A stretch of DNA of 52,957 nucleotides, counting the filler, from a bacterium (GTDB lineage: Bacteria > CLD3 > SB21), in assembly GCA_013360215.1 (NCBI GenBank). It is 4 parts of 4 records of this genome, joined end to end, with 100 filler letters (N's around TTAATTAATTAA, not from the genome) between each part and the next. Parts side by side here need not be neighbours in the genome. Positions count along the whole stretch, not along the records: positions 23,557 to 32,957 come from JABWCP010000049.1; positions 33,058 to 52,957 come from JABWCP010000002.1; 2 more parts are not named here. One strand, 5' to 3'. A program made the position numbers and the translations under genes. The notes below the pieces were generated by a model that searched no databases, was not told the origin of the DNA, and saw only the letters and a program-made list of their open reading frames with translations. Positions 28,312-39,561 of the stretch are shown here, piece after piece. The stretch's first letter is position 1. Every line of letters begins with the position of its first letter.

Positions 28312-29649
28312 ATGAAAAAGAAATTCATATACATGATCTGTGTGCTTGCTGGTTTGTTTCAAAATTTGATTCAAGCTCAAAGTTTAACCTATGATATGCT
28401 TGCGATTGAATCGCTTAACGATATGAAAGCTGTTGAGTTAATAACAAACCCCACCATTCTTAGCGTTCGGTATACTGATGGAATGTCACAAGCTCTTGCC
28501 GAAAAACTCATCCAGATACCCGGTTATCATGATCAAATTAAGCGTATCGAAATTTTTGAAGCCAATATGGCGTCAGATGCACTTATAACGCTGATCAGCG
28601 GTGCGTCTGCGCTTGAAGAATTAGAAATGAGAGTCCTTCATGTTAAGCCTGAAGCAAAAATAAAAAATAATACTCCGCTACCTCGGCAACTACGAGTAAT
28701 TTCACTTGTTAAATCAGAAGTTCCAACCAATGTTCTATCGTATCTGCTAACAGATAGTTCTAATATACAAGAGCTTACGTTGGTTGATATGAAACTTCAA
28801 ACTGGGCAATTAATGTTTTTACGAGACAAAGCTTTTGTGAAGAAACTTACTTATATGGATCTCAGTAATAATCCGCTAGGTAGTAGTTTTTTTCGAATCC
28901 TTCCCGTCAATGAAAATTCAAACCTCAAAACGTTGAAACTCAATAACTGTGAGTTCACACAGGAATTCAGACTGTCATATCGAAACACGTATGATAAAAA
29001 TGAACCGGCTTTGAGTTATATGATTGCTCCGTGGCAACCGCATGTCAATTGGGGAGGGCTTTTTTTCTCTAAACTTGAGCACTTAGAGCTGCAATGGGAA
29101 GATAAGAAATCGTCTATGAAGTCAGATACGAACGCAATTCGAAAAAAAATCAAACAAGAATCAAGTAGCAATAAAAGTAAGTTTGTGTATTATGTTCCCG
29201 AACATCCTGAGATGTACTCATTGTACCTGGATACCAATCTTCAAAAGATTCACTATTTTCGCGGCCCCTTTAGTCGTGAAAAATCAGATGAATTTTTGCG
29301 CAACTATTTTAATATTCAATCTCAAAGTCGAGTTCTTCCTGTAAGCTTACATTCGCTGAATACGTTGACCTATTTACTAAGCAAGCCTGATCGCAAACAA
29401 ACCTTAGAAGAACTCGGATTTGCTGGAGAAGTTTGGAACTATAGCAGTCTGACAACAGTTCTCAATGGTGGACATTTCCCTAAATTACGTAGAGTGATAC
29501 TTGAGTATACGGCATGCACCGAAATGGAAATCAATCGCATTATTGAAAATTATCCAACACTCGCTTTTGATGTGCATCTGTTTTTTACATCAGAACAAAC
29601 ATCACCTCGTATTTGGCCATATGTAAAGAAAGAAGTACCTAAAAAATGA
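28312..29649 (+). CDS. Secreted leucine-rich repeat (RNI-like) protein
   Basis: MKKKFIYMICVLAG signal; LEELEM, IQELTL, LTYMDLSNNPLG, LKTLKLNNC, LEHLEL, FPKLRRV units; AT-rich. Confidence 0.78.
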   Translation: MKKKFIYMICVLAGLFQNLIQAQSLTYDMLAIESLNDMKAVELITNPTILSVRYTDGMSQALAEKLIQIPGYHDQIKRIEIFEANMASDALITLISGASALEELEMRVLHVKPEAKIKNNTPLPRQLRVISLVKSEVPTNVLSYLLTDSSNIQELTLVDMKLQTGQLMFLRDKAFVKKLTYMDLSNNPLGSSFFRILPVNENSNLKTLKLNNCEFTQEFRLSYRNTYDKNEPALSYMIAPWQPHVNWGGLFFSKLEHLELQWEDKKSSMKSDTNAIRKKIKQESSSNKSKFVYYVPEHPEMYSLYLDTNLQKIHYFRGPFSREKSDEFLRNYFNIQSQSRVLPVSLHSLNTLTYLLSKPDRKQTLEELGFAGEVWNYSSLTTVLNGGHFPKLRRVILEYTACTEMEINRIIENYPTLAFDVHLFFTSEQTSPRIWPYVKKEVPKK

Positions 29650-29683
29650 AAATATAGCATTTGCAAGGGGCCTAAAAAAATCC

Positions 29684-29712
29684 TTGCGTTCCTATAGTTC
29701 GTCGCCTATATT
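29684..29712 (+). promoter_or_regulatory. Putative sigma70-type promoter of rplU-rpmA
   Basis: TTGCGT-17 nt-TATATT upstream of AGGAGG and the GTG start. Confidence 0.6.
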
Positions 29713-29747
29713 GGCGTCCCTAATTAACTAACGTCCAGGAGGACACA

Positions 29748-30062
29748 GTGTACGCAGTCGTTGATATCAAAGGTTTTCAGTATAAGTGCGAAGCCGGCAA
29801 ATCGCTGGTCATTCCGCGCGTAGCTGAAGCGGAGGTTGGCGACAAGATCGTTTTTGAAAACGTTCTTTTAATCTCCGAAAATGGCGCGGCCCAAGTCGGT
29901 CAGCCTACCGTAAAAGGTGCAAAAGTCGAAACGACGGTGATTGCGCACGGCAAAGGTGACAAAGTCATCCATTACCGCAAGTATCGCCGTAAAGGCTTCC
30001 AGAAAAAGAAAGGCCATCGCCAGCCCTTCACGGAAGTCGAAGTAACCGCTATTACGAAGTAA
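29748..30062 (+). CDS. rplU: 50S ribosomal protein L21
   Basis: MYAVV...G.QYK and [10 protein letters not shown] motifs. Confidence 0.97.
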   Translation: MYAVVDIKGFQYKCEAGKSLVIPRVAEAEVGDKIVFENVLLISENGAAQVGQPTVKGAKVETTVIAHGKGDKVIHYRKYRRKGFQKKKGHRQPFTEVEVTAITK

Positions 30063-30072
30063 GGAGAGTTCC

Positions 30073-30339
30073 ATGGCACACAAAAAAGGTCTTGGAAGTA
30101 CGAAAAACGGCCGCGACAGCCATGGCCAACGCCTCGGTGTGAAGCGCTACGCCGGACAAACGGTTCTCGCCGGTAACATTCTGGTTCGCCAGCGTGGTAC
30201 CAAATTCCATCCCGGCCGCAATGTCGGTATCGGAAGCGATGATACTCTGTTTGCGCTCATTGACGGCGTCGTGAAGTTTGAACACAAAGACAAAACGCGT
30301 TTACGCGTGAGCGTCTATCCGCAGGAAGCCAAAGCCTAA
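30073..30339 (+). CDS. rpmA: 50S ribosomal protein L27
   Basis: [15 protein letters not shown] and [13 protein letters not shown] motifs. Confidence 0.99.
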   Translation: MAHKKGLGSTKNGRDSHGQRLGVKRYAGQTVLAGNILVRQRGTKFHPGRNVGIGSDDTLFALIDGVVKFEHKDKTRLRVSVYPQEAKA

Positions 30340-30365
30340 GCCGAGGTACCTGTGCAGAGCTGTAT

Positions 30366-30407
30366 AACGGACAACGTCGTCTTCGGACACGCTGTCCGTT
30401 TTTTTTT
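30366..30407 (+). terminator. Rho-independent terminator after rpmA
   Basis: AACGGACA...GTC-TTCG-GAC...TGTCCGTT stem with cUUCGg loop, followed by a T-run. Confidence 0.85.
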
Positions 30408-30452
30408 GTTTTCTTGGATGAATTGTGTATCATACGTGCGTTCATCTTTTAA

Positions 30453-31400
<948 letters not shown>

Positions 31401-31420
31401 TAAACACTTGCGACATTTTC

Positions 31421-31453
31421 ATTGAGCCGATAATGTCTCGTTATCGGCTCAAT
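31421..31453 (+). terminator. Terminator-like hairpin after mdh
   Basis: ATTGAGCCGATAA-7 nt-TTATCGGCTCAAT perfect 13-bp stem; weak U-tail. Confidence 0.7.
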
Positions 31454-31534
31454 TCTATAACAGTGCAAAACGATTTTTAGAAACTGATCACTCATATGTG
31501 AGTGAAGTATTTATTAATAAACAAGAGGGAAGGT

Positions 31535-32095
31535 ATGAAAAATCTAATAGTACTAGTCATATTACTGCTTGGTCCGAAAACGACTTTGTCGTTAGCTCAA
31601 TCTAATATCAAAGTAAGTGCAGACATGGCGGGTAAATCAAAAATATCCTATCAGGGAGAAAGTGTCTCTGTTACTACCAAAACGGGTTTTACTGTAGGTG
31701 GTGAAATTATGAGACCTATGAATAACAATGTAGCTATTGGCGGCGGTCTTCAGTTTCAGATACCCCGGGGTGGCAAAGACGCTGATGGGAATTTTAATTT
31801 TGTTCCTATCTATGCAGTAGGGACCTTCTTTTCTGAATATGGCAATGGAATTTATGGAAAAGGAATGTTAGGCTATAACCTGCATTATGGAGATTCAGAT
31901 TATAAAGGAGATGCGGAATTAGGAGGTGGGTTGTGTTATGGTTTTGGTGGTGGTTTTGGCATTGGACGTAAATTTCTGATTGAGGGTATGTATATGATCA
32001 ATAACGGCACATTTAACATTTTTGGGGAAGAGTTGGATGTAGCATATAGCAGATTCACGGTTTCATTGGGTATTATTATAAACAAAACAAACTGA
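31535..32095 (+). CDS. Small outer-membrane beta-barrel protein
   Basis: Signal peptide, alternating Gly/aromatic amphipathic strands (GFTVGGE, FVPIYAVG, GGLCYGFGGGF, YSRFTVSLG); AT-rich. Confidence 0.75.
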   Translation: MKNLIVLVILLLGPKTTLSLAQSNIKVSADMAGKSKISYQGESVSVTTKTGFTVGGEIMRPMNNNVAIGGGLQFQIPRGGKDADGNFNFVPIYAVGTFFSEYGNGIYGKGMLGYNLHYGDSDYKGDAELGGGLCYGFGGGFGIGRKFLIEGMYMINNGTFNIFGEELDVAYSRFTVSLGIIINKTN

Positions 32096-32119
32096 TTGTG
32101 GATTATTACTGATCAAGTT

Positions 32120-32153
32120 AAAAACCCTGTTTGATTTTACCAGACAGGGTTTT
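32120..32153. terminator. Bidirectional rho-independent terminator
   Basis: AAAAACCCTGTTTG-atttac-CAGACAGGGTTTT-type stem flanked by A and T runs. Confidence 0.8.
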
Positions 32154-32957
32154 CTGTTTCATCTTGTTATGACAATTTGATTGACGCGTAATAACATCCT
32201 GTTTGCATTCATTCCTTATTGCTCAATCGTATAATTGATTTCATATAATTTGAGCTTGTACATGATGTTAACTAAGAGGAAAGTGAAGATTTTGTTTATA
32301 CTCCGCCATCATTACGGCATCAAAATATAAATACAGTATTGATTTTTTGTGGTTACTTTAAGTATTGAGCTTGTCAAAGGAATAGCATTGTGCATCTTAA
32401 AAAAGATATCCAGAAAACAGATATATCTTTCAATAAACATGATAACAGGCGCGGTATAAAAAAAATGAATAAAGAGGTTGTTGAACTCGTTGCTATTAAT
32501 GTTGCTGAGTCAGTAAAACCCAGAAATACTAACTGTAGCTATTGATTTTCTGATATATCCAAACCCTCCAGCGACTTGAGTGGTTCACCTGATTCCAAGA
32601 TGCAATGTATCATCTGCAGTGATTGTATTAAGCCGATGATCAAAAATTATTGGTCTTGGTGGAGGATATATCCCGAAAAAGAAAACTCTCGTTGAGACTA
32701 TGTATTTGGTTATCTAAAAGCAGTATTGAATACGGATGCGATAATATGCATATTGATATTACTTACTTTCGAAACCTGATTGGCCAATTCTTATAAAGAA
32801 CTAAGCAACTTGTTTTATCTTTTAGTTTTATATGCCATGTCATTCATACCTCAGGGAGTTTAGGGATACTGAATAAGATCATACCCCCTTTGGCTGTTGT
32901 TTTCAAGTTTGAATTTCCAGAGCAGGTCAAGATTGAATGTAGGAAGCGTAGCAATTT

Positions 32958-33057
32958 NNNNNNNNNNNNNNNNNNNNNNNNNNNNNNNNNNNNNNNNNNN
33001 NTTAATTAATTAANNNNNNNNNNNNNNNNNNNNNNNNNNNNNNNNNNNNNNNNNNNN
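32958..33057. other. Artificial contig linker
   Basis: N44-TTAATTAATTAA-N44. Confidence 0.98.
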
Positions 33058-33301
33058 TAAATGCAATAGGATCCACGTTTTTGGAGGTATTCCCGGGCAA
33101 TGTCGCCATCACATAACCATACTCGTCCATGTGCGCATCGGCCAATCCCATCGCTTTCAATTCAGCGGCAAGATCGCGGGATAAATTTTTTTGTTTTTCG
33201 GTACTCGGAAAAGAAGTGGACTCTTCATCCGACTGGGTATCGTATTTGACGTATTTCAAAAAACGATCCACGCAGGTAAATGTATACTTGGGATCAAACA
33301 T
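33058..33301 (-). CDS. pepT: Peptidase T, 5' part (cut by contig end)
   Basis: VDRFLKYVKYDTQSD....FPST..Q..L...L..EL..MGL......GYVMATLP pattern. Confidence 0.9.
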
Positions 33302-33481
33302 AGTTTTGCCCTTAATGGAGTTGTAAATAGTATTGATAAACAATGGTAACTTTTTTTTTGTAAAACATCAAGACACGGCTTACGATTGTACCTATCATTC
33401 TATCCGATTATGTTTTACCGCTTGATGTTCATCGCGGGAAATTTTATACTGTGCCCCCACGTAACGAAACTGCAAGGAATT

Positions 33482-35587
33482 ATGGATCAACGATTAAACG
33501 ATCTTACGGCTTTGGCATACAACCTCTGGTGGTCATGGAATCAAAACGCACAATCAGTTTTCCGCGAATTATCCCCGCAAATCTGGGAGGAAAGCAATCA
33601 TAACGCAGTTGCGGTTTTGCACGGAACGAGCCACCAAGAATTGCGTGCACGTCTCAACGATTCACATTTTCGTGAAAAGGTGGATCGTGTTATTACGCAG
33701 TTTCGCAGCTATATGCAGCACGAAAACACCTGGGGATCGCATCACGCTCAAACGTTTCGTGATAAGCCGGTCGCCTATTTCAGTCCTGAATTTGCATTGC
33801 ATGAATGTTTACCGATTTATTCGGGCGGGCTCGGCGTCCTATCCGGCGATCATATCAAGTCGGCCAGCGATTTGGATATTCCATTTGTCGGTGTCGGTTT
33901 GTTTTATCGTCAGGGTTATTTTCAGCAACATATCGCCATTGACGGTACACAGCAGGAACTCTACCCGCTCAATGATACGACGCACTTGCCTTTGTCACTT
34001 CTTTCCGACCGTACCGGAAAACCTGTAGTAACTGTAGTTGAAATCGGACACAGTCTGGTCAGCTTATACTGCTGGCAAGTCAAGGTCGGTCGCGCTCAAC
34101 TGTATTTGCTCGATAGCAATCATCCGGATAACGAAGAACATTATCGCGAACTGACATCACGCACCTACGGCGGCGATATCATGACGCGCATTTGCCAGGA
34201 AATCGTGATGGGAATTGGCGGTGTTCGATTGCTCCGTTCTATCGGAATTCGTCCGTCCGTATATCACATGAATGAAGGCCATAGCGCATTTCTCACACTG
34301 GAACTGCTCCGTGAACGTATGCTTGAAGGCCAGCCGATGGATACGGCGCGGGCATGGGTTCGTGAACATTGTGTTTTTACCACGCATACGCCGGTTCCTG
34401 CGGGCCATGATCGTTTTAGCCGCGACCTGATGACGTTTGCATTAGCCAACTATTGCGCGATTCTTGGCTTAACGATTGATCAGGTTATGGGCCTGGGACG
34501 CGTGCATCCGGACGATGAAAAAGAAACATTTTGTATGACCGTACTGGCGCTCAAAATGTCTCGCGCATCCAATGCCGTCAGCGCGTTGCACGGTAATGTC
34601 AGCCGCAATATGTGGAAAGAACTTTTTCCGGATCGTCCTGTTGAGCAAGTGCCGATTTCACATATTACCAACGGCATCCACATCTTAAGCTGGATGAATA
34701 AGCGCACCCGTAATTTTTGGCGCAAATTTCTCGGTGAAAACTGGGAACAACATATCAAACAACCGGATTTCTGGCAACGCGTAGCCGACCCTTCGTTTAT
34801 TTCCGATGAAGAAATCTGGGCGCTGCGTTATGATCTCCGGCGCATGCTCATCGAGTTTATGCGTGTACGCCTCAAAGAACAACAACGTCGTGCGGGCGGA
34901 GACGGTGTGCGCGTGTTCTCAAACTTTTTTTCACCAGACATATTAACCATCGGCTTCGCGCGCCGTTTTGCTACCTATAAACGCGCACCTATGATTGTTC
35001 AAAACCTCGAACGGGCGATTCAATTTTTCAATGACCAGGATCAACCGATTCAGGTTGTGTTTTCAGGTAAAGCCCACCCCAAAGACGACAGCGGAAAAGC
35101 GTTCATCAAACGCATTGTCGAATTGAGCAAACATCCCCAACTTTTTGGCAAACTGGCCTTTATTGAAAATTACGATCTTTATGTTGCCCGGTTTCTTACA
35201 TCCGGCTGCGACGTTTGGCTTAATAATCCCCGTCGTCCTCTTGAAGCCAGCGGTACCAGTGGGCAAAAAATCGGCATACACGGCGGACTCAATTTATCCA
35301 TTCTTGACGGATGGTGGCGTGAAGGTTATGACGGGACTAACGGATTTGCTATCGGTAAGGATGAGTCGCTGGGCAATGAAGCGGAACAGGATCGCTTAGA
35401 CGAAGAAAATCTTTATCTGACACTCAAAAATGAAGTGATACCCGCATTCTACAATCGCGATGCCAACGGTATTCCCCGCGTGTGGATCCAAAAAATTCGC
35501 CGCGCCATGCAAACCTTGATTCCGGTGTTTAATACGGATCGCATGGTCGCCGAATATTTTGAAACCATGTATCGCCGCAATTCATAA
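33482..35587 (+). CDS. glgP: Alpha-glucan (glycogen/maltodextrin) phosphorylase
   Basis: NLWWSW, PIYSGGLGVLSGDH, HMNEGH, FARRFATYKR and PLP-site EASGTSGQK motifs; ATG 33482 follows AAGGA. Confidence 0.95.
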   Translation: MDQRLNDLTALAYNLWWSWNQNAQSVFRELSPQIWEESNHNAVAVLHGTSHQELRARLNDSHFREKVDRVITQFRSYMQHENTWGSHHAQTFRDKPVAYFSPEFALHECLPIYSGGLGVLSGDHIKSASDLDIPFVGVGLFYRQGYFQQHIAIDGTQQELYPLNDTTHLPLSLLSDRTGKPVVTVVEIGHSLVSLYCWQVKVGRAQLYLLDSNHPDNEEHYRELTSRTYGGDIMTRICQEIVMGIGGVRLLRSIGIRPSVYHMNEGHSAFLTLELLRERMLEGQPMDTARAWVREHCVFTTHTPVPAGHDRFSRDLMTFALANYCAILGLTIDQVMGLGRVHPDDEKETFCMTVLALKMSRASNAVSALHGNVSRNMWKELFPDRPVEQVPISHITNGIHILSWMNKRTRNFWRKFLGENWEQHIKQPDFWQRVADPSFISDEEIWALRYDLRRMLIEFMRVRLKEQQRRAGGDGVRVFSNFFSPDILTIGFARRFATYKRAPMIVQNLERAIQFFNDQDQPIQVVFSGKAHPKDDSGKAFIKRIVELSKHPQLFGKLAFIENYDLYVARFLTSGCDVWLNNPRRPLEASGTSGQKIGIHGGLNLSILDGWWREGYDGTNGFAIGKDESLGNEAEQDRLDEENLYLTLKNEVIPAFYNRDANGIPRVWIQKIRRAMQTLIPVFNTDRMVAEYFETMYRRNS

Positions 35588-36043
35588 CGACGACGTACGA
35601 AGATATGCGAGTACACGATCCGCGTGAACTTGCGCATCCCTTTCGGCATGAATCACGTCCATAATTTTTCCATCCGACGGACGAATGATATACGTGACTC
35701 TTTTATTGCGCCAGAGTCCCCACAACCATAGTGTACCAAACTTTTTGCTCAATGCTCGATCATGGTCGTAAATGAGTGCGTACGGTAACCGATGATGTGT
35801 GCGAAATTTTTCATGGGTCGCGTCGTCATCCAAACTGACGCCAAAAACCACACCGCCTTGTGCCGCGATTTCGCCATATACATCGCGAAAGTAACACGCT
35901 TGCCCGGTACAAACGCGTGTAAAATCCATCGGATAAAAGAAGAAAACTACAGCTTTGTGCCGGCTATATTGCGCAAGCGTATGTTCCTGACCGCCCGAAT
36001 CCCGCCAAGTTAATTCAGAAATAATAGCATTTTTTTTAAGCAT
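35582..36043 (-). CDS. bcp: Peroxiredoxin, BCP/PrxQ family
   Basis: FFYPMDFTRVCTGQAC.FRD (PxxxTxxC plus resolving Cys), GVS.D and RVTYII motifs. Confidence 0.88.
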   Translation of the reverse strand: MLKKNAIISELTWRDSGGQEHTLAQYSRHKAVVFFFYPMDFTRVCTGQACYFRDVYGEIAAQGGVVFGVSLDDDATHEKFRTHHRLPYALIYDHDRALSKKFGTLWLWGLWRNKRVTYIIRPSDGKIMDVIHAERDAQVHADRVLAYLRTSSL

Positions 36044-36050
36044 AGAGAGA

Positions 36051-37388
36051 TTAACTCCTTTTGTTTTTTTCGTCTTGCAACACGGCCTCCGCGCATCGGA
36101 TACCGCTAAGTACCGCGCTTTCGATCGTCGAAGGTAATTCATCGGCGATCCAGTCTCCGGCTAAATACAACCCTTGAATTCCAGTGCGACTATGAAAACG
36201 ATACGAATCTTTCGCATGATTGTTCGAGGTGGCGCGCACCGACTTGATAATTTCAATACGACGAACCGAACTAGGTTTAAAATTTTTAAACAGAAGTGTC
36301 ATGTCATCTGTTATTCTCTTTTCCCAAATTGACGCCGCATCAAAAACAGACGCGCCGGGGTGGCTGATCGTAATCTGAATACATTCTGAGTTTTTTTTGA
36401 ATACCCATTGTACGTGCGTTCCTATACATGCGGCCATAGGTCCGTCGAATAACGCATCCGGATGCATCTCATTTAACCATATATAGGCCGATAATATCGG
36501 TGCCGATGAAAAATTTTGGAAACGTGATGTCCATTCGTTTTCTACAGGTAAAAGCTTGCCGGCACTCCACGGCGGTACGGCCATAATGACTTTATCAGCC
36601 CGAATGATTTCGCCGTTTCGCAACGTGATTCCATCTACCCGGCCATTAGAAACGGTGATATGGCGTACAAATGAATGAAAATGCAACGAACAACTTTTTT
36701 GTTTTAAAAACCTTACAGCCGGTTCGACCAATACGGCGTCGAGTGATTTTTCCGGAATAATAAAACGTCCATCGTCGCGTGAACCGAAAAAAATTCGTCG
36801 CATAGCCTCGCCAAACTGAACCACATCGGCATCTTCGGGATGCTGATTCATAATCGCTAAACAAATCGGGTTCCAAAACCATCGTCGTGTGTCCTGCGTA
36901 AATCGCCAGGCGTCCAACCAATCGGATACAAACCGTCCCCTTATTAACGGTTTACGCATTGATAAACCCGCCCTCAAAATACGCCAGCGTTCGCTCAATG
37001 GGATCGCATCGTATCGCATAATACCGTACAGGGCATACCACGGCGCAGGCCAATCCGGTAAATTCAAACAGGCTATCCGGCCATCGACGGAATAAAAATT
37101 CAAAGGAAACGATTTTTTGGGAATATCCAATGAGGCATTTAATGAATCAAGCCACGCACGGGTAGCATGATAACACCCCATCAGGAGATGCTGGCCGTTG
37201 TCGAGTGTCGATCGTGATGCAACATCGGTAAACGAAAAAGTACGCCCTCCGGCATAGGCATTTTTTTCATATAAACTTACATCATGCCCCGCCTGTGCAA
37301 GCGTCGTCGCGGCAGCCAGTCCGGCTGTACCGGCGCCGATGATGATTATTTGAGAGGGAGATTTAGCCACGGTAAGGGCGATCATCAA
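36051..37388 (-). CDS. hpnE: Hydroxysqualene dehydroxylase
   Basis: GAGTAGLAAA FAD site, GGRTFSF, DNGQHLLMGCY and AGDW...LPSTIESAVLSG motifs; follows hpnCD. Confidence 0.88.
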   Translation of the reverse strand: MMIALTVAKSPSQIIIIGAGTAGLAAATTLAQAGHDVSLYEKNAYAGGRTFSFTDVASRSTLDNGQHLLMGCYHATRAWLDSLNASLDIPKKSFPLNFYSVDGRIACLNLPDWPAPWYALYGIMRYDAIPLSERWRILRAGLSMRKPLIRGRFVSDWLDAWRFTQDTRRWFWNPICLAIMNQHPEDADVVQFGEAMRRIFFGSRDDGRFIIPEKSLDAVLVEPAVRFLKQKSCSLHFHSFVRHITVSNGRVDGITLRNGEIIRADKVIMAVPPWSAGKLLPVENEWTSRFQNFSSAPILSAYIWLNEMHPDALFDGPMAACIGTHVQWVFKKNSECIQITISHPGASVFDAASIWEKRITDDMTLLFKNFKPSSVRRIEIIKSVRATSNNHAKDSYRFHSRTGIQGLYLAGDWIADELPSTIESAVLSGIRCAEAVLQDEKNKRS

Positions 37389-38211
37389 ACCAAGTTCGGC
37401 CTGCGGTTTGTATTTTTTCCGATAAAGTAAGGCTTACCCGATGAGCGGTCGGTGTAAAGCCGGTTTGTTCGATTTTATCAAGCAATAACCGATACATGTT
37501 TTCCATGACCCGTGCCGGAAAAAGCGCCAACGACGGATACGCACGAAACGCTTCATCGGCCAATTGGAATTGTTTTCTCGCTTCGGCACATTGCAGCCTC
37601 AACGCATCCTGAACGGCTGACGGATTATCAAAAAACGCACGCCGATCCGTCACCGGAAAATAGATCCGGCCGTCCGCTATATCAGATGCTGCATCACGAA
37701 TCGTATTGGTCAATTGTAAAGCTAAACCGGCATGCAACGCAAACCGTTCACTGGCCGTATGATGCGCTCCCAAAATCCTAATGATCATCAATCCAACGGC
37801 TGACGCAACGCAATAGCAATATTCATACAATTCATCAAACGTGCGGTATTCTCTGCGCTCTAAATCCATTTCCATCCCGCGAATAACGTCATGAAACAAT
37901 TGAACAGGAATCGAAAAATCACGCGCAACCCGCATCACCCGATTGAGCAAATAATATGACGAATGACCGCGCTCGGCGGCAATCAATTCTTTTTTCCATA
38001 CAGACAAATGCGTCGCGGCATCGGAACCATTTTGATCCACGATATCATCCGTGATCCGGCAAAATGCATATACCGTAAAAATAGCTTCGCGTTTCCCTCC
38101 CGGAAAGAGCATCATCGGATAATAAAAGCTGCTGCCGGAGCGTCGCGTAATACTTCGGGCATCCTCTTGCAATATCGTTTCTATATCCATAAAACGCGCC
38201 ATAGTATCCAA
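37363..38211 (-). CDS. hpnD: Presqualene diphosphate synthase
   Basis: SGSSFYY, VYAFCRITDDIVD, YCYCVASAVG and ALQLTNTIRD...D...GRIYFP motifs; start may be 38202 or 38190. Confidence 0.85.
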   Translation of the reverse strand: MDTMARFMDIETILQEDARSITRRSGSSFYYPMMLFPGGKREAIFTVYAFCRITDDIVDQNGSDAATHLSVWKKELIAAERGHSSYYLLNRVMRVARDFSIPVQLFHDVIRGMEMDLERREYRTFDELYEYCYCVASAVGLMIIRILGAHHTASERFALHAGLALQLTNTIRDAASDIADGRIYFPVTDRRAFFDNPSAVQDALRLQCAEARKQFQLADEAFRAYPSLALFPARVMENMYRLLLDKIEQTGFTPTAHRVSLTLSEKIQTAGRTWFDDRPYRG

Positions 38212-39074
38212 AATTTGTCTTTTAAACCAATCGTCGGACGATGATTCAGCGTATCACCGCCCGTTTTTTCCATTTTCATAAGCACACGTAATCCGCTCAA
38301 CCATATCATACCGATGATTTTGCGATCTTTGAAACGCAGGTAACCCAACAACGCATGCCCTTGATCAAACAAATCACGTGTTTTTTTTAAACAGACCGCC
38401 ATCGTCTTTGAAAACGACGTATTTACCGTTTTATTTTTCCAGTCTTCTTCGGTATAGCCGCATTCTTTCATCAGTTCCAGCGGTATATACAGCCGGTTTT
38501 TCTGAAGATCAATGAATACATCCTGCCAATGATTGGTGAGCTGGAGCGCCGAACAAATGGCATCCGACAAAGGGGTCATTTTTTCCCACATAGTCGAGTT
38601 ATGTGTGTAACCAAGGATATGCAGTACGATGAGGCCGACCGGATTGGCCGAATAACGACAATACCCCATGAGTTGCTCTTCGTCGGTATATCTATTTTTG
38701 AGAAGATCTACTTTGAAGGCGCTCAGGACATCATCCAACCATTGACGGGGAATACCGCCCTTTTGCAACGTCACGGACAGCGCCGCAAACATCGGATCTT
38801 TGGCGCGTCCTTCTTCGCTGGCTTTGAGCGCAGCCTGCATCCATAAAAGTCCGTGCATACGTTGTTCGATAGTGCCGGTGCCTTCGTCAGCTACATCATC
38901 GGCGCGGCGTAAAAAGGTATAAACCGCCGCAAGGTGACGGCGTTGAGCGGCATTAAAAATCCATGAAATAACAGGGAAATTTTCGTAATGCGAAGCGGCA
39001 AAATCCCGGCACATCGCATAGGCCGCGTCTATTTCATCGTCGGAATACGAACCGATCGCCCGCTCCTCATTCAT
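38181..39074 (-). CDS. hpnC: Hydroxysqualene synthase
   Basis: HYENFPV, VY.F.R.ADDVADEG, YCRYSANPVG and SDAICSALQLTNHWQD motifs. Confidence 0.9.
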   Translation of the reverse strand: MNEERAIGSYSDDEIDAAYAMCRDFAASHYENFPVISWIFNAAQRRHLAAVYTFLRRADDVADEGTGTIEQRMHGLLWMQAALKASEEGRAKDPMFAALSVTLQKGGIPRQWLDDVLSAFKVDLLKNRYTDEEQLMGYCRYSANPVGLIVLHILGYTHNSTMWEKMTPLSDAICSALQLTNHWQDVFIDLQKNRLYIPLELMKECGYTEEDWKNKTVNTSFSKTMAVCLKKTRDLFDQGHALLGYLRFKDRKIIGMIWLSGLRVLMKMEKTGGDTLNHRPTIGLKDKFWILWRVLWI

Positions 39075-39561
39075 CGCGTTCTCGCAGGGTTAGGCCGACT
39101 ACCAAAAGCGCGAGTACGATATTGAATCCTACGAGTGCAGAATACCGGCGATGCCATGCGTCGAATTCCTTACGCTCGGGGCGCGGATCGTTTTCTTTGG
39201 CGTATTGATCGAAGTCTACGATTTTTTCTTTGAGCATCGTCATCTGCGGCGTGATAAAATCCGCGTAGAAAAAAAGATTGATCAGCATCACACCGGACAC
39301 GATCCCACGTACACGCGACCATAGTGATTTTTGACGCCTATACAGAACAAAGGACGATACAACGATCAACGCCGCACACACGTATTCCAGATGATTCATT
39401 CGAACAAGAATCAATCCGTTGATATATCCGGCGATGGTTTTGGAATCAAGGTTTCTAAAAATAGTACCGGCGACACCGTATGCCAAAAACACGAGAATGC
39501 CGATCCATGCACCGGCAAACAATAATATCGCTCCGCGCCATGTATAATTTCGGATACTCAT
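39067..39561 (-). CDS. DUF4149/TMEM205-like membrane protein
   Basis: Four TM segments; W.G......VA..IF..L....AG...G, ITPQM..L and F...HRRY..L pattern. Confidence 0.7.
   Translation of the reverse strand: MSIRNYTWRGAILLFAGAWIGILVFLAYGVAGTIFRNLDSKTIAGYINGLILVRMNHLEYVCAALIVVSSFVLYRRQKSLWSRVRGIVSGVMLINLFFYADFITPQMTMLKEKIVDFDQYAKENDPRPERKEFDAWHRRYSALVGFNIVLALLVVGLTLRERDE

Noticed and set aside
35242-35270. GlgP PLP motif EASGTSGQK instead of the more familiar EASGTSGMK
   Set aside because: The PLP-binding Lys is retained; minor variant
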